From the sequence record NC_016163.1: a stretch of 64,000 nucleotides of DNA; one strand, 5' to 3'. This document shows, piece after piece, positions 47,609 through 57,615 of this stretch. The position numbers were made by a program, and so were the translations under genes. The notes under the pieces were generated by a model, which saw only the letters and a list, made by a program, of their open reading frames with translations, did no database searches and had not been told where the DNA came from. Every line of letters begins with the position of its first letter. The stretch's first letter is position 1.

Positions 47609-48931
47609 ATGGTTAAGACTAAAAAAGTAGATATCGCTCCAGAAGATTCATATACTGGTAAGGATATTAAAGAATTACCATATCCAGTCAATATTCAGAC
47701 TCGTCCACAAATGTATGTGGGGGAAACTGATTCAACAGGTAAACTGACTTGTATCCGAGAAATTCTTAATAACTCAGTCGATGAATTCTTGGCTGGACAT
47801 TGTAACCAAATCAATATTTATCGTTTGGATATCGACCACTATGTTATTGAAGATAACGGTCGTGGTGTTCCATTTGATAAACATGAGACTGGTAAAAATA
47901 CTCTAGAAACAATCTTTGGCGTACTACATGCTGGTCGAAACTTTAAGAAAAAGACTGTATATAGTACTGGTCTTAACGGTGTTGGTGCGTCAGTAGTAAA
48001 CGCATTATCTGAAGTATTCAAAGTTACTTCTCACCGTGGAAATGACGTAGGTATTATTGAATTCTCAGATGGTTACAAACAGAAAATCACTCTGTCTACC
48101 GTTACTAAACTCAAACTCAAATTCCAAAAGGGATTTGATAAGAAAGGTACTGGTGTAGAATTCAAATTTAATCCAGAGTTCTTTGAACCGGATTCTGATT
48201 TAGATATCCAGGAAGTACTTGATTTAATCCGTAAAACTGCTTACATGGTAAGCGGATTAAAGCTTAAATTCGTGGATATGGTAGATTCTAAAAATAACGT
48301 AACTTTTGATTATGAGAATGGTGTTTCAGATCTCTTAGAAGAGATTAACCCAGCCTCTATTATCAAACCAGCGTATTTTAAACCTGTCACTATTAATGAA
48401 ACCAAAGTTGAAGTAAGTTTCAGCTTTAGTGAAAAATTTGATAGTGAAAATATTGAATCGTTCTGTAATACCATCCGTACTGGTGATGGCGGTGTACACG
48501 TTACAGGATTTAAACGTAGTTTCAGTCAAAAAGTTACCAATTTCATTAAAGAAAATGGTTTAACTAAAGAAAAGATTGAAAACAGTGACGTATTTGTAGG
48601 CTTGAATGCAGTAGTATCTGTATTCGTATTCAATCCTAAATATTCTACTCAGACTAAGCAAAAACTTAGTAATACTGAAGTAGAAGGTCATGTATTGCGA
48701 GCCATGAATAAATGGCTTGATGAATGGCTTGAAGCTAACCCTAAAGAAGTTAAGACTCTTGCTACTAAAATTGCACTTACTGCTAAATCTCGTATTGCTC
48801 AAAAGCGTGCTTTAGACAGTGTTAAGAAAGAGCAATCAGGTACATTCCTCACTACACTTGCTGCTCCAGAGAAGTTTACGGATTGTAACAGTGATGATCG
48901 AATGGAATGTGAATTATTCTTAGTTGAGGGT
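47609..48931 (+). CDS. gyrB: DNA gyrase subunit B, exon 1 (join 47609..48931,50027..51097; 797 aa)
   Basis: GHKL motifs EILNNSVDE, DNGRGVP, GLNGVGASVVNALS; ends at ELFLVEG; promoter AACA-aagttt-TA at 47574-47585. Confidence 0.93.
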
Positions 48932-50026
48932 TAAAATGGCTCTCATTAAACCTCTTTAATTGTCTGGAAAACCTTAATTACCGCGAATTAAGACAACCAG
49001 CAGCGAAGCTTATGGTATTAACACCTATAAAGGATTATAGGATGCATAAGAACGTTCAACGACTATCGAAAGTACTTATGATAATTCATAGGGTAAATGA
49101 GTAGAGTAGCGCCAAGTGGTAGGTATCATAATGATAATAGTTATGAATAAATCCTTTAAAGCGAAACGGGAGGCAAAGGATTGAAGATATAGTCTGATCT
49201 GCATGGTGACATGTAGAGTTAGTTGAAAGTGATTTCTTAACAAAATCTTAGTATCTAAGAGGATTTAATTTATGCCAGTTAAGAAAACACATGCACAATT
49301 CGTAAAAGAAGTTGAATTAAGATTTGGAAAAGAATATACAGTTTTAGGGGAGTATAAAAACACTCATACTCCAATAAAACTGCGGCATAATAAATGTGGT
49401 AATATATGGGAAACTACTGCTCCATATGATTTACTAAAACCAAAACCTAATGGTTGTAAATTATGTGCAATTAATAGATCATTTCCATTGACTACTAAAG
49501 AATTTTCAGTTAAACTAAATGCAATTCATAATAATTCTTATAAAGTTCTGCAAGAATATAAGAATAATAAAACCAAAATTTTAGTTCGCCATAATTGCGG
49601 ATATGAATTTATGGTTAAACCGAATAGCATTCTAACAGAAAAGTTTAATTGCCAATCATGCCAAAAAACAAATTCAGTAATAAGTGATTCAATTGCTGAA
49701 TTTCTTAATGAAGAAAATCTTAATTTCATCCAAGAAAAAAAGTTTAAATGGTTAAAATATGAATCTCTATTATCTATAGATTTCTATCTGCCAGATTTTA
49801 AAATTGGTATAGAAGCTGATGGAGAACAACACTACATTCCTAAACGTGGTGGAATTAAAGAGTTTGAAAAAACTCTTAAGAGAGATTTGATCAAATTTAA
49901 ACTTTGTAAAGAACATGGTATAGAAATACTGAGAATACCTAGTTTTTTAACTAAAAAAGAAATTTCTTTGTATCTTGGAAAACTTCTTTTAGAAAGAAAT
50001 GTCTTTCAACTAGATTAACACAAATG
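48932..50026 (+). mobile_element. Group I intron in gyrB (1095 nt) with homing endonuclease
   Basis: Exon ends in U48931 and intron ends in G50026; splicing restores EG|DSAGG; P1 ugagggu/gcucuca; core P aattgtctggaaa, Q caaccagcagc, R gttcaacgacta, S aagatatagtct. Confidence 0.93.
49272..50018 (+). CDS. Intron-encoded endonuclease: Zn-ribbon repeats plus Vsr-like PD-(D/E)xK domain
   Basis: Two repeats ending in CxxC; IDFYLPDFKIGIEADGEQH. Confidence 0.8.
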   Translation: MPVKKTHAQFVKEVELRFGKEYTVLGEYKNTHTPIKLRHNKCGNIWETTAPYDLLKPKPNGCKLCAINRSFPLTTKEFSVKLNAIHNNSYKVLQEYKNNKTKILVRHNCGYEFMVKPNSILTEKFNCQSCQKTNSVISDSIAEFLNEENLNFIQEKKFKWLKYESLLSIDFYLPDFKIGIEADGEQHYIPKRGGIKEFEKTLKRDLIKFKLCKEHGIEILRIPSFLTKKEISLYLGKLLLERNVFQLD

Positions 50027-51097
50027 GATTCAGCGGGTGGCTCAATAAAACAAGTACTTGATAGAGAAACTCAAGCAGTATATAAGCTTAAGGGTAAACC
50101 TAAAAATACTCTTAAAGATGGTGTAGAAGACCTTTACAAGAATAAAGAAACTGATGATATCATTTCTATTCTACGTTGTGGTATGGGCCGTAACTACTCT
50201 TCAGAGAAACTTCGTTTTGGTAAGATCATTCAGTTGTGTGACTCCGACTCAGATGGTAAACACATTGAAATGCTATTATCCACATTGTTTTCTAACCATT
50301 TCCGCCCATTAGTTGCTGAAGGGCGTGTGTATATTTGTCTTTCTCCTCTCTATCGTGTTATTCGTTCAGGTGTACCACCAGTATACTTCAAGAATGACAA
50401 AGAACTTGAGAGTTTCTTATCAAATCAGCTGGCAGAGGATTTTGCCTTTAAAAATGCTGCTGGTAAGAAAATGAATGAGAAAAACACCTCTAATTTGATT
50501 TCATTAATTCGTAAATATCGTAATGAGATTAATAAAGTAGCTAAAAAGTATCATAGTGATTCTAAACGAATTGAAGCTGTATTCGTAAATAATTATGATG
50601 CTGAAGAAGGATGGTTTGATTTTGAGTTGGAAGTCGAAGAACATAAGAATGAAAGTATCACTATTAAAGGATTCTACGAATTCGATAACGGTGAATCTTA
50701 TGTATACCTGAACGTACCAGCTATTGAAACATTCTTAGAAGAAATTGAGAATCTTCAAGAGTTATTAGCAGAGATTCATGAAAAGTTCTTTGTATTTGAC
50801 AAGAAAAATAATCCTATTGAACGAGAAACAATGATTGAATCTGTTGATTTCTTAATTGATAAGGTAACTAAATCTTGTACAATTACCCGTTATAAAGGAT
50901 TGGGAGAGTCTAATCCAGATGACCTTAAAGAAATCTGTCTTGACCCTAAGAATCGCACCTTAATTCAAATCAAGATTGGTAGCGAGGAAGAAGTTAAAGA
51001 AGTTCTTGAGAACTATATGTTAGACAAGAACGTGGAATATCGTCAGAAATTCCTGCTTGAACACTTCGACCAGAATCTGCTAGAATCAGATATCTAA
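50027..51097 (+). CDS. gyrB: DNA gyrase subunit B, exon 2 (Toprim and tail)
   Basis: DSAGG, DSDSDG, YKGLGESNP. Confidence 0.93.
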   Translation, partial: DSAGGSIKQVLDRETQAVYKLKGKPKNTLKDGVEDLYKNKETDDIISILRCGMGRNYSSEKLRFGKIIQLCDSDSDGKHIEMLLSTLFSNHFRPLVAEGRVYICLSPLYRVIRSGVPPVYFKNDKELESFLSNQLAEDFAFKNAAGKKMNEKNTSNLISLIRKYRNEINKVAKKYHSDSKRIEAVFVNNYDAEEGWFDFELEVEEHKNESITIKGFYEFDNGESYVYLNVPAIETFLEEIENLQELLAEIHEKFFVFDKKNNPIERETMIESVDFLIDKVTKSCTITRYKGLGESNPDDLKEICLDPKNRTLIQIKIGSEEEVKEVLENYMLDKNVEYRQKFLLEHFDQNLLESDI

Positions 51098-51102
51098 TAT
51101 AT

Positions 51103-51130
51103 AAAAGAAGGTGGATTGCCACCTTCTTTT
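51103..51130 (+). terminator. Intrinsic terminator after gyrB
   Basis: aaaagaaggtgg / ccaccttctttt plus T tract. Confidence 0.8.
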
Positions 51131-51144
51131 TTTTTAAGGTTATT

Positions 51145-51258
51145 ATGGAATATTTAAAGTTCTTCCCAATAGCACTACTTACTGGAGGCTTAACTATTGC
51201 ACTGCTTTTATTAGTGGATATTGTAAAGCACAGTTCAGCTAAAAAGAGAAAGAAATAG
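51145..51258 (+). CDS. 37-aa single-TM peptide, absent from the ORF track
   Basis: RBS aaggt; MEYLKFFPIALLTGGLTIALLLLVDIVKHSSAKKRKK*. Confidence 0.5.
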   Translation: MEYLKFFPIALLTGGLTIALLLLVDIVKHSSAKKRKK

Positions 51259-51319
51259 TCTTTTAATGATATATTATTATCATGATATTCTTCATTAATA
51301 ATAAAGGAAATAAATTAGT

Positions 51320-51484
51320 ATGAAAGTACATGTAACTGGTCTTTGTAAGAAAACTTCTAAAGAAATTACGAAACCTTTTGATGTAACCAAGGAAGGCGAA
51401 GCTCGTAAACTCGCTAAAAAAATCATGAAGACTATTCTGTTTACTCGCATTGAACGTGATCATACTGCGACTGATACAGAGTAA
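51320..51484 (+). CDS. 54-aa basic protein, absent from the ORF track
   Basis: Early motif 51270-51277, RBS aaagga, terminator 51492-51521; MKVHVTGLCKKTSKEITKPFDVTKEGEARKLAKKIMKTILFTRIERDHTATDTE*. Confidence 0.75.
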   Translation: MKVHVTGLCKKTSKEITKPFDVTKEGEARKLAKKIMKTILFTRIERDHTATDTE

Positions 51485-51547
51485 CTTAAATACCCATATC
51501 CTCTATAAAGGGGATATGGGGTTAATATCTTTTTTGAGGAATTTATT

Positions 51548-51760
51548 ATGTCTTTAATTAATAAGAAAATCTTAACTGAAATGTGTAAAGACCGTAATAT
51601 GCAATGGTCTGTAGGTTCTTATCTTCTGTCAATGGTAATTTTTAGCATGACTGTAGATAAATTTAGTGATGCAGTATTTTATTCACAAGTAATATTTGTC
51701 TTAGTGGCATTATATCGTGCTTATTTACTGTACAAAGGAAAGAAAAATGCTAAAAGTTAA
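51548..51760 (+). CDS. Small membrane protein
   Basis: RBS gagga; two hydrophobic segments. Confidence 0.65.
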   Translation: MSLINKKILTEMCKDRNMQWSVGSYLLSMVIFSMTVDKFSDAVFYSQVIFVLVALYRAYLLYKGKKNAKS

Positions 51761-52013
51761 AATGGATGCAGAAGATGATGGTAAAGTCGATCATTATATA
51801 GGTATAGTACATTTTAATGATTGGTTCCACCCAATTGAAAAATCTGTAACTGAAGAAAATTTTGGATTTGGCCTTAAGTTTCTATCAACGACTGATCCAA
51901 TAACTTTTATGAATGATACTACATTCAATATGAAAGTATTACTAAGCCATGCATATTTTAATTATGTAGGCAAAGGTAATGAAATTCGAGGAAATCGAAT
52001 ACCTTATGTTTAA
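51717..52013 (+). CDS. Hypothetical protein (start probably internal, near MLKVK)
   Basis: Chain of coupled ORFs. Confidence 0.55.
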   Translation: MLIYCTKERKMLKVKMDAEDDGKVDHYIGIVHFNDWFHPIEKSVTEENFGFGLKFLSTTDPITFMNDTTFNMKVLLSHAYFNYVGKGNEIRGNRIPYV

Positions 52014-52353
52014 AATGAAACTCACTAAAAACGCTAAGATATCTGGTATGGCTGGCAATTACATAGATGATGTATTTACCACTCAATCATCTATATTAAT
52101 GGGCACTAATTTTATTCTTACCTATGATTGGTTAAAGATAGGGGTAAGTGCTCCTGATTCTGAATATATTGAATTTACACTAACTGAGGGGATAGAATCC
52201 TATCAACTGATTATATGTGATAATATTCTGATTGATTTTATCAGTAATAAATCAGATGATTTTTATATTCAATATTATTATTCTTTAAGAAATATTAATA
52301 AAAGGATAAAAAATGCTTGTGGTTCGATTTCCTATAGTTCACCATACTCTTAA
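51979..52353 (+). CDS. Hypothetical protein
   Basis: Chain of coupled ORFs. Confidence 0.55.
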   Translation: MKFEEIEYLMFKMKLTKNAKISGMAGNYIDDVFTTQSSILMGTNFILTYDWLKIGVSAPDSEYIEFTLTEGIESYQLIICDNILIDFISNKSDDFYIQYYYSLRNINKRIKNACGSISYSSPYS

Positions 52354-52663
52354 TTATGATAGAGTAGTGTTAACATCAATAAATGTAGAAAGAATACATG
52401 ATTTCATAAATTCTGCAGCAGAAGTAGCTTATGAAAAAATTATAGCATCATATACATATAATATACGTTTAAAATTTCTTAATGGTAAACTTATAGAAAA
52501 TGTAATATTATCGGGTAGTATGGAAAGAATCGTTTCAGAATTAATGATTTCAAAAGTACCAGAGGTAGGCGGCGAAATTTACAGAATTGAATTATCTATG
52601 GATTTCTTATCATGGGATAAAACAAAGTATCATTTTACATATGAAGGAGATTTCATTTGTTAA
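52313..52663 (+). CDS. Hypothetical protein
   Basis: Chain of coupled ORFs. Confidence 0.55.
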   Translation: MLVVRFPIVHHTLNYDRVVLTSINVERIHDFINSAAEVAYEKIIASYTYNIRLKFLNGKLIENVILSGSMERIVSELMISKVPEVGGEIYRIELSMDFLSWDKTKYHFTYEGDFIC

Positions 52664-53016
52664 AAATAAAACTTAAAAGTGAAAATGGTGTGCTAGCATT
52701 AAAACTTCATAGATGTTTTGTAGCCAGACATAGAAGTGTATATTTTGAAACAGAATATCTTTCTAACTCTTATGCTGAAATACATAATACCGAATTAAGA
52801 ATTACATTTTCAATTGATGCATTATCAGACAAAAATCTGGTAAAAATCATTCATATTCCAGGAGGAATGTCTTTTCTAAATACTATTTGTACAGACGATA
52901 AAAGTGCAGGATTTCATATAAGAAAAAACAGTGGAATTTTGTCTAATAAGATCCTTATGAAATTTAGTAATAAGGTATCTAGAAAGCATCTTTATAGCGC
53001 TATGGGAATATACTAA
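52657..53016 (+). CDS. Hypothetical protein
   Basis: Chain of coupled ORFs. Confidence 0.55.
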   Translation: MLKIKLKSENGVLALKLHRCFVARHRSVYFETEYLSNSYAEIHNTELRITFSIDALSDKNLVKIIHIPGGMSFLNTICTDDKSAGFHIRKNSGILSNKILMKFSNKVSRKHLYSAMGIY

Positions 53017-53336
53017 TGATGTTATTCAAGGCTTATAATGGAACTAAAGATGGCTTTGATATACAAAGGATAATTGCATTGGATATCGAAGATGCAAAAG
53101 AATTGGATATAACTGTAGGAGAACATAAATTCTATATTTTCATTAGAAGTACTGGTAGGAATGCATCATGCTATGAAGAATTAAGTGGATTACTTACTGC
53201 TAGAAATTCAATATACATCGACCATTCAAAAGATGATTTTTTAGATGTCCTTCTTCCAGAGTTTAAAAAACCTCTGATTTATCAAAAGAGATTTAATCGA
53301 CCTCAAAAGATCAATATAAATGTAAGGATTGTTTAA
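53016..53336 (+). CDS. Hypothetical protein
   Basis: TAATG overlap. Confidence 0.6.
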   Translation: MMLFKAYNGTKDGFDIQRIIALDIEDAKELDITVGEHKFYIFIRSTGRNASCYEELSGLLTARNSIYIDHSKDDFLDVLLPEFKKPLIYQKRFNRPQKININVRIV

Positions 53337-53656
53337 TGCTACTAATTAAAGGAACTCTTGGAGGTGATGAAGTATCTAGTTATTCAGATGTAAAACCCCC
53401 TAAAACAAACGTCGAGAATAATTATGATGAAATTAGTGACCATCTAATTGAAATAAGCCAAACTATAGTAGTTAGTATTTTTTATAACTATGTAGATAAT
53501 AGGCAATCTAGCTATTTTTCCGCATTAATTCTAAAAGTAGAAACCGATATAGTCATTCCGGCCTCATTTGATTTTATATTCTATGTAAGAAATAAAAGAA
53601 GAATTGTTAGTGAGGTTAATTTGAAAAGGAAATTTATGGATAAAAGTATTCTATGA
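53336..53656 (+). CDS. Hypothetical protein
   Basis: TAATG overlap. Confidence 0.6.
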   Translation: MLLIKGTLGGDEVSSYSDVKPPKTNVENNYDEISDHLIEISQTIVVSIFYNYVDNRQSSYFSALILKVETDIVIPASFDFIFYVRNKRRIVSEVNLKRKFMDKSIL

Positions 53657-53919
53657 AGATATTTAAAAGGCCTGAATCTAGTGTAATAGGAATTAGCTCC
53701 AATCCAATTAATGCAGTTTATCATAGGTCTATAGAGTATTTATTCACTAAAATAGGCGGAGATTTACTCTGTCCAGACCCTATAACTATCAGAACTCATC
53801 CAATATGGATACTAGAAACAACTAAAATATTAAAGCCTACTTATGATATAAGCTATAAAGTGATGATTGATCATGAAAAATATAGAGATATAAGATTCTT
53901 TATATTTGCTAAAAAATAA
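53653..53919 (+). CDS. Hypothetical protein
   Basis: ATGA overlap. Confidence 0.6.
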   Translation: MKIFKRPESSVIGISSNPINAVYHRSIEYLFTKIGGDLLCPDPITIRTHPIWILETTKILKPTYDISYKVMIDHEKYRDIRFFIFAKK

Positions 53920-53967
53920 AATAAAAATATATTATAAATAAGAATACTAATAAATGAGGAAAATGTA

Positions 53968-55818
53968 ATGGAAGTCTATTCTAGAAATGGTTTAGTAGAA
54001 ATTATTACATATAAAGATCGTTCTCCAAGAGGTGAGAAACTTTATATTCTGTGTCGAAATCTTGCTAATAAAATTGATAAGGTAATTGTAACTGCAGCCA
54101 AAGATAGCAATATTCCTTTAAATGCTATTTTACCGCTTCAATTCTCTTTTGAGTTTTTACATACAAAGATGCGATTCAATGTAAATTTTAAATTTCAAGG
54201 AAATGCGGTATATAAAGAATTTCTTAAATATAAAAATGCTATTGGATTTATCGAAGAAAACCCCCAAGATCCAAAAGTAACGGAAACACGTTTAATTGAT
54301 TATATTAGTAATGCTTTACAATACGTATCTCGTAAAGATTCTTCTGTAGAAGATAATATTCGTTATAAAGAATTCGCTACTAAAGGTCTTGTACCCGGTA
54401 ACTTCCAAGTCAATTTCCGAAATCTTAAAAAGGATTTAGGGTTAATTGGAAATTTAACATGGATGGTATGTGAGTCTCTAGGTGAGATTGATACTGATGA
54501 AGTGATTGAAAAAGAAATTGAGCAAGGCGCTCCTTCAGTTCCTGCATCTGGTTACAAATATGAACCTTATAAATATAGTAGCTCTCCAAACACAAAATTC
54601 GATTATTTTGTTAATTTAAAAGCACCGCTTAATGATAGAAATGATATTAATCGAGGGTGGACACGTCTTCTTAAGGAAAATCTTGAAAAGACATCCGTTA
54701 TGATTAATAAACTGATGAACCTTACAGCTGAAAAGAAAGTTTTATTTGGTTTGGCATGTACGTCAGATTTAGTAGGTAAAGCCACACTATATTTGTATGT
54801 ACCTACCTTAGATACTCTTGTAAGGGAACTGCCATCCGACCGAGTTATCAATACAGTTAAAATTGATGAAAATACTGATTATCTTCAGGCTTTAGCTACA
54901 TTAGTTAAAATGGAACCTAATGAATTAGTAAAATCCGTTAGGAACTTTTCATCATTTAATATTCTTATGACAATTATTCTTAAGCCATATGAATTCTTTA
55001 ATATTAATAGTAGTCTAAAGAAAGATAAAAAATATTATGAAAGTCCATATGCTATTCTAAAAGATCAATTTGAAAATTTCTTTAAGTATCATACTAAATG
55101 TTATGAATTGGAATTGAAGGTTGATGAAGGAACTATCTTTAGAAATATAAGTTTTAAAAATTCTATACGAAATGTCAATGTATCCCTAGGGAAGTATAGA
55201 CTTCATACTATGCTTGAAATAAATAATAATTTACAATTTTCAATAGGTTTTGATTTTACTTCTGACAAATGTAAATTGGGAGATATGCTGGATAAAGCTC
55301 GTATAGTTTCTATTTTAGAATGTATCCGAGGCTTTACAGCAATTACTAACCGTATAGGTAATTTGAAAGAGGATGAAAAGTTTCTACCGAAACTACGTGT
55401 ATATTTCAATAATACTAAAGATCTTTCCAAGTCAGATAATATTATTACCTATGTAGGCTCTAATAATGTTAATAACTTTGTTATCAAAACTATTAACATC
55501 TTAGATAATACTGTTAAAGAACCTAAGATCAATCTCGATCAGATTAATTTAGCTTTTGAAACTTTTGTAGCCATTAATTTAATGAGTGAAGAATTTTATA
55601 TTTCTTTAAATAATTCTGACCCTGCTAAAGTCCTTGGAAGTTTTATATTGGAGAAGAAGGATGAAATTGAAGAAAAACTTGCAAAAGTGTATAGTAATGC
55701 CGCTAGAATGGATGATCGGCTTGCTAAAGAGTTTGTACTCGATTCCCTTTCTAATCGCCTTCATAATGTTTGTTTATCGAAGATTGACTTCTACCGTAAC
55801 AAAGCCGTTTTGAAATAG
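53968..55818 (+). CDS. Large hypothetical early protein
   Basis: 616 aa; early motif 53928-53935; RBS gagga. Confidence 0.75.
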   Translation: MEVYSRNGLVEIITYKDRSPRGEKLYILCRNLANKIDKVIVTAAKDSNIPLNAILPLQFSFEFLHTKMRFNVNFKFQGNAVYKEFLKYKNAIGFIEENPQDPKVTETRLIDYISNALQYVSRKDSSVEDNIRYKEFATKGLVPGNFQVNFRNLKKDLGLIGNLTWMVCESLGEIDTDEVIEKEIEQGAPSVPASGYKYEPYKYSSSPNTKFDYFVNLKAPLNDRNDINRGWTRLLKENLEKTSVMINKLMNLTAEKKVLFGLACTSDLVGKATLYLYVPTLDTLVRELPSDRVINTVKIDENTDYLQALATLVKMEPNELVKSVRNFSSFNILMTIILKPYEFFNINSSLKKDKKYYESPYAILKDQFENFFKYHTKCYELELKVDEGTIFRNISFKNSIRNVNVSLGKYRLHTMLEINNNLQFSIGFDFTSDKCKLGDMLDKARIVSILECIRGFTAITNRIGNLKEDEKFLPKLRVYFNNTKDLSKSDNIITYVGSNNVNNFVIKTINILDNTVKEPKINLDQINLAFETFVAINLMSEEFYISLNNSDPAKVLGSFILEKKDEIEEKLAKVYSNAARMDDRLAKEFVLDSLSNRLHNVCLSKIDFYRNKAVLK

Positions 55819-55917
55819 ATATTATTTTAGTGAGAGGAAAAAGATATTAATGGAAAACTATATCTTTTTCCACAATTAACTTATTGAAAGAAGTTTCATA
55901 AAAAGAGGAATAAAGCA

Positions 55918-57255
55918 ATGCCAGAGATGAATCCGGATACTATTCGCAATCAGGTTATCGAAATCGCTAAAGGTGAAGCGGTTATCACTGTTCCAAATCC
56001 GGTTCCTTGCAGCCTGGATACTTTCCTGTCTGCCATGACTTCTCCTGAAGTCGTAATCAACACTTTCCTGCCAAGTGATCTCTATGACAAAGACTCTCTG
56101 AATGAAGAAGAATTCAAAGAGATCGCTTTCAGCGTTTACACTAACGTGCTGTCATACACTTACGGCGCTACCAACGTTGTACCTTTCAGCTTCGACGACA
56201 ACTGTCCACCGCTGGCCCGTCAGAACCTACTGCTGCAAAACTTCATTGAAGCTGGCGGCACCAAAGAAACTCTGGACGTTCTGGGCGTAAAAGGTTTTGA
56301 GAAAGCTTTTTCTATGCTCCTGCTGCCGCTGGGTATCGCTCAGTGTGCTAACATGACTGATGTTCGTAAGAGCATCGAAGCCCTGAACAAAATCAACGAT
56401 GGCGAAGACCGTATTAAAAATAACATCAACGTTATTATGGGCTTCAACATTCCACTGGAAACCAGTCTTGATGATATTGAAGCGCTGGCGCGTGAAGGTA
56501 ACATCGACGTTAACCTGTTCCTGGCTCGTCAGAAACCGGAATTCAATACCGTTGAAGTAATTCATCGCTTCAAAGAATTCCTGGATCCTTCCCGCGTTAT
56601 GATTCAGGTTGATTTCACTGAAGACGCTTTCCGTACTTTGCTGGATGAAGGTTATTTCAGCGATGTACGTGATCAGCTCTTCACGGTTGCTAATCCAATG
56701 ATCATGGAGCTGGCTGATCTGCGTGAGAAGTATTGGGATAAATTCTCATGGGAACGTGCGCTGGTTAAGTACACTTTCTCTGAAGAAATCCTGAATCGTA
56801 TTATCAGTGAAGGTAAAATGAACTGGGCTGTAGCTTCTGTGTTCCAGGTAATGTCTGATGAAATGATTCTCGCTAACAACGATGAAATCACTTTCTGGCG
56901 TCCTGAGTTCAACTTTGACTACTGGTTCAAGGGTGAAAACGACAATAAAGAACTGCGTGCAGAATACGCTAAGCATACTCCTACCAACGAAACTGTTGCA
57001 TGGAATGAAGTTATCCGTCGTCATAAAGACAAGCAGGAACTTCTGATGCTGGCTGCAATCACCGTTTCTGAAATGCCGATTGCTGTTGAACTGACTGACG
57101 AAAGCGGTTCCACCGTTGAATCCCGTGTAAGTAACCCGCAAAATGATAAACCAGTTGATCAGCGCATCAAACACAAACTTCTAATTCCAGAAGTAGTGGA
57201 TGGTAAACTTCAGTATTCTGAAGAAAAAGATCTCTCTAACTTTTATGAAGGTTAA
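55918..57255 (+). CDS. Strongly codon-biased early protein of unknown function with Trp-containing helical repeats
   Basis: RBS gagga; many CTG/TTC/ATC/AAC codons unlike its neighbours; own promoter and UUCG terminator. Confidence 0.8.
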   Translation: MPEMNPDTIRNQVIEIAKGEAVITVPNPVPCSLDTFLSAMTSPEVVINTFLPSDLYDKDSLNEEEFKEIAFSVYTNVLSYTYGATNVVPFSFDDNCPPLARQNLLLQNFIEAGGTKETLDVLGVKGFEKAFSMLLLPLGIAQCANMTDVRKSIEALNKINDGEDRIKNNINVIMGFNIPLETSLDDIEALAREGNIDVNLFLARQKPEFNTVEVIHRFKEFLDPSRVMIQVDFTEDAFRTLLDEGYFSDVRDQLFTVANPMIMELADLREKYWDKFSWERALVKYTFSEEILNRIISEGKMNWAVASVFQVMSDEMILANNDEITFWRPEFNFDYWFKGENDNKELRAEYAKHTPTNETVAWNEVIRRHKDKQELLMLAAITVSEMPIAVELTDESGSTVESRVSNPQNDKPVDQRIKHKLLIPEVVDGKLQYSEEKDLSNFYEG

Positions 57256-57264
57256 TTGATCTAT

Positions 57265-57290
57265 AAAAGATCCTCTTCGGAGGATCTTTT
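57265..57290 (+). terminator. UUCG-tetraloop intrinsic terminator
   Basis: aaaagatcctc-ttcg-gaggatctttt plus T tract. Confidence 0.85.
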
Positions 57291-57405
57291 TTTTTTTTAT
57301 ATTCTTTTTATGTATATATAATTATAAGGATATTAAAGGAATTTAAAAAGTTTCCTTTAACCTAACAAATATTTGTATATCACAATAAACAGAGGAATAT
57401 AAGTT

Positions 57406-57615
57406 ATGGCTGAAAACATTGTTCAGCAATCCCTTGAGGAAGTATTTGCAGAACGTTTCAAAACTTATGGTAGTGAAACTGTAAAAGAACGTTCTATTCC
57501 TTCTGTAGAAGATGGATTCTTACCCGTAATGCGTCGTATTATTTATACTATGTATAAAGAAGGTGCTTATCCACGTTTTACTAAAGCTGCTCAATTTGTA
57601 GGTACTACTATTGGT
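57406..57615 (+). CDS. gyrA: DNA gyrase subunit A, exon 1 (join 57406..57615,58906..61194; 832 aa)
   Basis: RSIPSVEDGFLPVMRRII, KAAQFVGTTIG; promoter AACA-aatatt-TG at 57364-57375. Confidence 0.92.

Noticed and set aside
50024-51097. ORF-track 357-aa protein starting MDSAGG as a separate gene (split gyrB)
   Set aside because: The ATG is formed by the last three intron bases; splicing joins it to exon 1 and restores the Toprim motif.
51263-51463. Minus-strand 66-aa ORF
   Set aside because: Shadow of the plus-strand 54-aa gene, which has the promoter, RBS and terminator.
55918-57255. Chimallin (nuclear shell) or PhuZ tubulin assignment
   Set aside because: No tubulin GGGTG(S/T)G motif and no recognisable chimallin features by eye; it is also shorter than known chimallins. 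A structure search is needed.
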